Source: Sphingorhabdus sp. (GTDB lineage Bacteria > Pseudomonadota > Alphaproteobacteria > Sphingomonadales > Sphingomonadaceae). From it: a stretch of DNA of 64,000 bases. The stretch is from assembly GCF_041916035.1 (NCBI RefSeq), contig NZ_JAYSAI010000001.1; one strand, written 5' to 3'. Each line of letters opens with the position of its first letter. The first letter of the stretch is position 1. Positions 59,412 to 64,000 of this stretch are shown piece by piece. A program made the translations under genes and the position numbers. The notes under the pieces were generated by a model, which was given only the letters and a program-made list of their open reading frames with translations, searched no databases and was not told the origin of the DNA.

Positions 59412-60025
59412 TGCACCCATTCCCGCATCAGATGCGCCAATGCCCTTTTGCCCTGCTTGTCCAGTTCGTCAGCGGCGCGCAGCCGGTCCGCTTCGGGCTT
59501 GTTCTGCGACAGTTTGAAGGTGGGCCGCCACGCTCGCACTTCCATTTCAAAGCCGGTGATCGCCCGCATCATCTTGTCGAACAAGGCAGGGTCCATCTTG
59601 TCACGCGTCCAGATTGTTTTCGGCGCGAGCCGGGCTTCATTGAGCGCGGCCAGATCGTCAAGCAGCGCAACGAGGCCGTCATCATCCATCTTGCGGACCG
59701 GCCCTTCCAGTTCGATACTGATATAGTTCCATGTCGGCACCTGATTGGCGCCATCATACCAGTCCGGGCTGATATAGGCGTCCGGGCCGTTGACCACGAC
59801 CAGCGCATCGGTGCCATGCAGGGATTTGGTCAGCGCATTGCCGTTCGACAAATGGAACTGCACCGCCCCGTCGCCGGTTGAAAACAGCGCCGATTGCGCC
59901 ACGCGCGGCCCGTCCGGGGTTTGCGCGAAAACCATGCCGAAGCCGATTTCCTGCACCAGCGCTTCCATCGTCGCGCGCTGGTCGGCGTCGCTGCCTTGCA
60001 GGCGGAATATCGAATTGGGGTGCAT
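59408..60025 (-). CDS. FMN-binding PaiB-like protein
   Basis: GPDAYISPDWY, VPTWNY, KLSQNK. Confidence 0.88.
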   Translation of the reverse strand: MHPNSIFRLQGSDADQRATMEALVQEIGFGMVFAQTPDGPRVAQSALFSTGDGAVQFHLSNGNALTKSLHGTDALVVVNGPDAYISPDWYDGANQVPTWNYISIELEGPVRKMDDDGLVALLDDLAALNEARLAPKTIWTRDKMDPALFDKMMRAITGFEMEVRAWRPTFKLSQNKPEADRLRAADELDKQGKRALAHLMREWVQ

Positions 60026-61179
60026 TACTTCTGCCGCCCCTTCGGTTTGGCTGCGGGCTTTGACCGACCCGGCTTGGGCGCGGCCTTCACCTCACCCCTG
60101 CTTCGCCTTTCGCCCTTGCGTTCCTTGCGCGCATCCTTGGCGCGCGCAGCGGCGGCGCGCCGTTTGGCCTCGGGGGTTTCGGACCGCTTCGGCTCGTCAA
60201 GGGTCAGCGCATCGCCAATCTCCAGATCGAAACCCAGATCGGCGAAGCTGTCCGCCATATGCGTCGGCATATCTGCGCGCACATCTACCTGCCCGCCATC
60301 GGGATGGTCGATACGGATACGGCGCGCATGCAGATGCATCTTGCGGCTGATCGTTCCGGTCAGAAAGGCATCCTTGCCGCCATATTTGCCGTCACCGACA
60401 ATCGGGTGGCCGATCGCCGCCATATGCACGCGAAGCTGGTGGGTGCGCCCGGTATAGGGTTGCAGTTCGACCCAGCAGCAGCGATTGCCCGCGCGTTCGA
60501 CCACGCGATAGCGGCTGCGCGAGGGCTGCCCTTCCTTTTCATCGACATGCATCTTTTCGCCGCCGGTTCCCGGCTGCTTGGCGAGCGGCAGATCGATGAT
60601 GCCATCATGGATATCGGGGACGCCGACCACCAGCGCCCAGTAAACCTTGCGCGCGGTGCGCGACGAAAAGGCCTTGGAAAAATGCGCCGCCGCCCGCGGC
60701 GTGCGCGCGAGCAACAGAGCGCCGCTGGTATCCTTGTCGAGCCGGTGGACGAGCTTGGGTCGCGCCTCCAGCTCGAAACACAGCGCATCAAGCAAGCCGT
60801 CGACATGCTCCGATGTCTTGGTGCCGCCCTGCGTGGCGAGGCCGGGCGGCTTGTTGATCACCAGCGCCGCCTTGTCCTTGTGGATCACCAGGTTGCGCGC
60901 GAATTCGGCGGTTTCTTCACTGATTTGCGGGCGCAGACGCTTGGACCGCGCATCGGCAACGGGTTCGGCAGGGGGCACTCGGATTTCCTGCCCGGCCTCG
61001 ATCCGGTCACCCGGTGCCGCCCGTTTGCCATCGACGCGCAACTGCCCTGTGCGCGCCCAGCGCGATACGATGTTGAAGCTGGCGTCGGGCAGATGCCGCT
61101 TGAACCAGCGGTCGAGACGGATGCCGTCATCCTCGGCGTCGACCGTGAAACGGCGGATGGTCTGGACTTCCTTGCTCAT
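60025..61179 (-). CDS. RluA family pseudouridine synthase (S4 + catalytic; RluC-like)
   Basis: RLDRW, NKPPGLATQGG, HRLDKDTSG, GRTHQLRVH, GDGKYG. Confidence 0.93.
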   Translation of the reverse strand: MSKEVQTIRRFTVDAEDDGIRLDRWFKRHLPDASFNIVSRWARTGQLRVDGKRAAPGDRIEAGQEIRVPPAEPVADARSKRLRPQISEETAEFARNLVIHKDKAALVINKPPGLATQGGTKTSEHVDGLLDALCFELEARPKLVHRLDKDTSGALLLARTPRAAAHFSKAFSSRTARKVYWALVVGVPDIHDGIIDLPLAKQPGTGGEKMHVDEKEGQPSRSRYRVVERAGNRCCWVELQPYTGRTHQLRVHMAAIGHPIVGDGKYGGKDAFLTGTISRKMHLHARRIRIDHPDGGQVDVRADMPTHMADSFADLGFDLEIGDALTLDEPKRSETPEAKRRAAAARAKDARKERKGERRSRGEVKAAPKPGRSKPAAKPKGRQK

Positions 61180-61553
61180 GCAAACATGGCCTTTCCGAAC
61201 ACCAATCCGGCGAACAACGCGAGCAGCGCCAGCAGCACCGATGCCACCGCATATCCGCCTGCCAGCGCCAATTCGCCGCGCTCGGCCATTTGCATCATTT
61301 CAAGGCTGAAGGCGCTGAAGGTCGTGAAGCCGCCCAATATGCCGACCCCGGCGAACAGGCGTATATTTTCGCCTGCGTCGCCGCTGCGCAGCACATAAGC
61401 GGCGAGAAGGCCCATCAGAAGTCCGCCTGCAACATTGGCGATGAAGGTGTGCCAAGGCCAGCCACTTTGACCGGCGGCAAGCACGCGCGTCAGGCCATAG
61501 CGCGCTACGGCGCCAATGGCACCTCCGGTCATGACAAGGAAATAGGCCTGCAT
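61176..61553 (-). CDS. crcB: Fluoride channel CrcB/Fluc
   Basis: GGAIGAVARY, PW.T...N..G, GGFTTFSAFS. An alternative TTG start lies at 61583. Confidence 0.93.
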   Translation of the reverse strand: MQAYFLVMTGGAIGAVARYGLTRVLAAGQSGWPWHTFIANVAGGLLMGLLAAYVLRSGDAGENIRLFAGVGILGGFTTFSAFSLEMMQMAERGELALAGGYAVASVLLALLALFAGLVFGKAMFA

Positions 61554-61607
61554 CGCATCTGCATTAGCGGCAGAATTCGCCAAGACCAGCCCCGTTCGAG
61601 GAAATGC

Positions 61608-62129
61608 TCAGTTAACGCGCTTCACCCGACGCAGCGGGCCGTTACCGATTTTGAGCATATAGCCGCCCGCGATGCCCTTTTTGATGGTGATGGCCTGCCC
61701 TTCGCGGGGTATCAGGGTCAAGGCCTCGGTCGACTGCCATGTGCCGCCATCGGGAATGGTGAACTGCCATTTCCCCAGCCCCAGGTCGCGAACGGTTGCG
61801 AATGTGGTGTGGATTTCCTTCAACTCCTCTTCCTCGGCGCTGTCATCGCCGTCGAAAAAGGGCAGATCGGGCAGCGAAAATCCGAACAGCGAACGGCGTG
61901 TCTTGCGCACGTCGGCGCGGTCTAGCAGCACGACCTCCTTCGCCTCCCGGGCCTTTTCAAGGTCGGAACTCGATTTGTCGAAACAGGCAAGCCGCGCAGC
62001 GCCGTCCTCGATCGCGCGGCACGCGAGCAGGTCAACATAGGTTTTGGGGGGAGCCTCGTCGTCGGCCAATATGGGGCTGGCAAACAGCAACATTGCCGGC
62101 AAGGCCATCAGGGCAAATCGCATCGTCAT
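61608..62129 (-). CDS. Hypothetical secreted protein (C...RLACFD motif)
   Basis: Signal peptide, LLACRAIEDGAARLACFD, LFGF.LP. Confidence 0.75.
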   Translation of the reverse strand: MTMRFALMALPAMLLFASPILADDEAPPKTYVDLLACRAIEDGAARLACFDKSSSDLEKAREAKEVVLLDRADVRKTRRSLFGFSLPDLPFFDGDDSAEEEELKEIHTTFATVRDLGLGKWQFTIPDGGTWQSTEALTLIPREGQAITIKKGIAGGYMLKIGNGPLRRVKRVN

Positions 62130-62181
62130 TTCTCCACTCCGGTTTGACCGGACTATATGGAGGAAAACAGCACGTTCCTAG

Positions 62182-62211
62182 AAAAGAAATTGGGGGACCG
62201 AAGCCCCCCAA
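62182..62211 (-). terminator. Intrinsic terminator
   Basis: Minus strand TTGGGGG-N8-CCCCCAA followed by TTTCTTTT. Confidence 0.75.
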
Positions 62212-62243
62212 GTCGTTTCGGAACCAGAAACCGAATGAAAAGG

Positions 62244-63020
62244 TCAGCGGCCGTTATTCGCCACGATATCCACCGCCGTCCCGCCACTTTTCAACGCGGT
62301 CAGCGTAATCACATAGGCGCCACCGTCATTGTCGCGGACACCGCCCAGCATATGTTCTCCATCACGGATCTCATAATCGGCGGTGAAGCCAGAGCGCTTG
62401 GCGCGCGTGTAATAATAGTCGACAACCGACTGGCGACCTGCCGAGGTTGTAAAGCTGACCACGCGAATATCGCAGATGCCGCCTTCAACACCGGCAGCTT
62501 CCTTCACCCGACCCTTGGGATAGACGGGAAACTCGCTGGGCATGCGCGCGGCCCAGCCCGCGCCATATTGCAGCTTGGCTTCGCAGGTGCCCTTGCCACG
62601 CTTTACGCCCTGGGCCACAGCCCGTTCTTCCAGCGTCTCGCCCCGGGCTGCAGAACAGTCGGTGCAGTTTACAGCGCTCACCAGCTTCGGCTTTGGAGCC
62701 CGGAGCAGCTTCATTCCATTCAACTCTTCGACCGAGGCCGTCGAACCTTCATATCCGTCATCGGAGGGCGATTTGCCGTCCAGCGGCTTGTCGGCATTGC
62801 GCACCATGTTGCTGCCACCGCTCTCGGCAAGATCAGGGTCAACAAGGATCTTGTCGCTGAGCGCATCCTTCATCGCAGGATCACTGCCCTTGCCCGTCAG
62901 CTTTTCATCCAGTGCAGCAACGTCGTCGCCGTTGCTCGATTCGCTGCCGCAGGCAGAGAGCGCGAGAGGCAGAAGGCCGATGCTGGCGATAGCAATGGCA
63001 TTGCCCATTTTCCGGTTCAT
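62244..63020 (-). CDS. Hypothetical lipoprotein
   Basis: Lipobox LSAC, four later Cys; start placed at MNRKMG. Confidence 0.78.
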   Translation of the reverse strand: MNRKMGNAIAIASIGLLPLALSACGSESSNGDDVAALDEKLTGKGSDPAMKDALSDKILVDPDLAESGGSNMVRNADKPLDGKSPSDDGYEGSTASVEELNGMKLLRAPKPKLVSAVNCTDCSAARGETLEERAVAQGVKRGKGTCEAKLQYGAGWAARMPSEFPVYPKGRVKEAAGVEGGICDIRVVSFTTSAGRQSVVDYYYTRAKRSGFTADYEIRDGEHMLGGVRDNDGGAYVITLTALKSGGTAVDIVANNGR

Positions 63021-63221
63021 GATGCGCACAGGCACAGCTCCAATCTATTACATCCGCGACGCTGCGCCGAACATCGGCGCGAATCCACCCCTAAAGAGGG
63101 TTAACGAATGGGACGAAGCAATTTACCGTGTAGTTTCGGCTACGCAAACAGCATCGCTGTGCCAACGCGGGACAGGCTTGGGGCCGGTTGTTTATGCCTG
63201 TAGCGCAGAATGGCCGCGCAG

Positions 63222-63749
63222 CTATTTGACGACGCCGCGATAGGATACCGATCCTTCAGCACCGGGCGCGATTGCCTTGGTAAATATCCAGCGGACATGC
63301 GTTACATCTTCCGGTCCCGCGCCACGCATGACCGGTGCCGCCTGACCTTCAACCTTCGTCGGAACCTTGAGCTGTTCCAGCTTGCCCCAGCTCTGCCCGC
63401 CGTCGACGGAAACCTCCGCCCAGTCTTCGGCGGCACTCAGAAACTGGATTGGCCCCGGCATCGGATTGATTGCTCGAAAACCATTGGCCGGTTCTGCGCC
63501 CTTGTTCACATATTTGAGCGTGAAAACCACCCGGTCGCCCGGAACAATGATGACATCCTTGGGCTGCTTCAGAATGACGTGCGCCACGCCGTCGCTGCCC
63601 GTTTCTGTCCGTTCGATCATCGCTTCGCTCGACAGCACCACGGCATTGCTGATCGCGGCAACCGCCGCCGCGTGCGCAGAAACTGCGGTCGCGCCTGCAC
63701 CGATGGCAAGCCCGGCAGTAATCGTTCCCAGCAGCCGAATGATCTTCAT
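63222..63749 (-). CDS. Hypothetical secreted protein (DUF11-like Ig-fold repeat)
   Basis: Signal peptide, VPGDRVVFTLKY.N.G, VSVDGG..WG, VTHVRW, G..SYRG.VK. Start placed at MKIIRLL. Confidence 0.72.
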   Translation of the reverse strand: MKIIRLLGTITAGLAIGAGATAVSAHAAAVAAISNAVVLSSEAMIERTETGSDGVAHVILKQPKDVIIVPGDRVVFTLKYVNKGAEPANGFRAINPMPGPIQFLSAAEDWAEVSVDGGQSWGKLEQLKVPTKVEGQAAPVMRGAGPEDVTHVRWIFTKAIAPGAEGSVSYRGVVK

Positions 63750-63814
63750 GATTGCAGTCCCATATGCAGCGGCGTTGCGCCTATTGCTCTTGCGCTGTTT
63801 CTGAACAAAACTGC

Positions 63815-63829
63815 TTAACAATTGGTTAC
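63815..63829. promoter_or_regulatory. CtrA-like box
   Basis: TTAA-N7-TTAC, 66 bp upstream of the 63749 start. Confidence 0.55.
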
Positions 63830-63867
63830 GTTCGCGGCGAACCGTGCATGGGCCTGGACGGCCCGGA

Positions 63868-63999
63868 TCAATAAATTCCGCCCTCTTTGGTCATGAACTC
63901 CTGATCGCGCTGCGCGGCCGCAGCGGCAGCGCCCTGACCGCTACTGGCCGCCGCGTTTGAAGTGCCGCTGCTCGCCTTCTTCTTGGGCTTGTCGCCGCG
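63868..63999 (-). CDS. 3' end of an unidentified CDS entering from beyond the window
   Basis: The open frame RGDKPKKKASSGTSNAAASSGQGAAAAAAQRDQEFMTKEGGIY ends at TGA 63868-63870. Confidence 0.5.
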   Translation of the reverse strand, partial: RGDKPKKKASSGTSNAAASSGQGAAAAAAQRDQEFMTKEGGIY

Positions 64000-64000
64000 C

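Noticed and set aside
61554-61607. Fluoride riboswitch upstream of crcB
   Set aside because: GCTAATG is present, but the conserved GGCGATG/GGAGATG 5' segment and pseudoknot pairing are not evident.

Overview
High-GC alphaproteobacterial chromosome segment. Gene content and repeat types suggest Sphingomonadaceae (inference). The window opens in the 3' part of a large serine recombinase whose ORF runs into the antisense strand of tRNA-Arg(CCT), i.e. the edge of an integrated element. The rest is mostly core genome: DUF1178-grxC-comF/methyltransferase-mutT, two Flp pilins, the Entner-Doudoroff operon (zwf-edd-glk-eda-pgl), a TonB-dependent receptor, acs, prfB, acnA, ribB-ribH, pit/phoR, groES-groEL with CIRCE, hisBHAF, sspB-fumC, gmk and the crcB-rluA-HAD-ATP12 block. 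A complete bufferin-type RiPP cluster (DUF2282-DUF692-DUF2063-DoxX-SigF-NrsF) is present with its SigF promoter. Best candidates for undescribed biology: (1) an HTH-RibB-inactive RibA fusion with a perfect 18-bp palindrome directly behind the -35 box of its own promoter and no room for an FMN riboswitch; (2) a fused 2-oxoacid dehydrogenase E1 paired, without E2/E3, with a FabD-like acyltransferase lacking the malonate-binding Arg; (3) a Crp-associated operon of membrane di-iron hydroxylase, PhnZ/MIOX-like HD oxygenase and class II aldolase; (4) a RAYT-like HUH transposase bracketed by four 21-bp perfect palindromes; (5) a GIY-YIG nuclease in filled versus empty REP doublets around fumC. Several small structured repeats or MITEs occupy intergenic regions. 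All assignments come from motif recognition by eye; no database searches were run.
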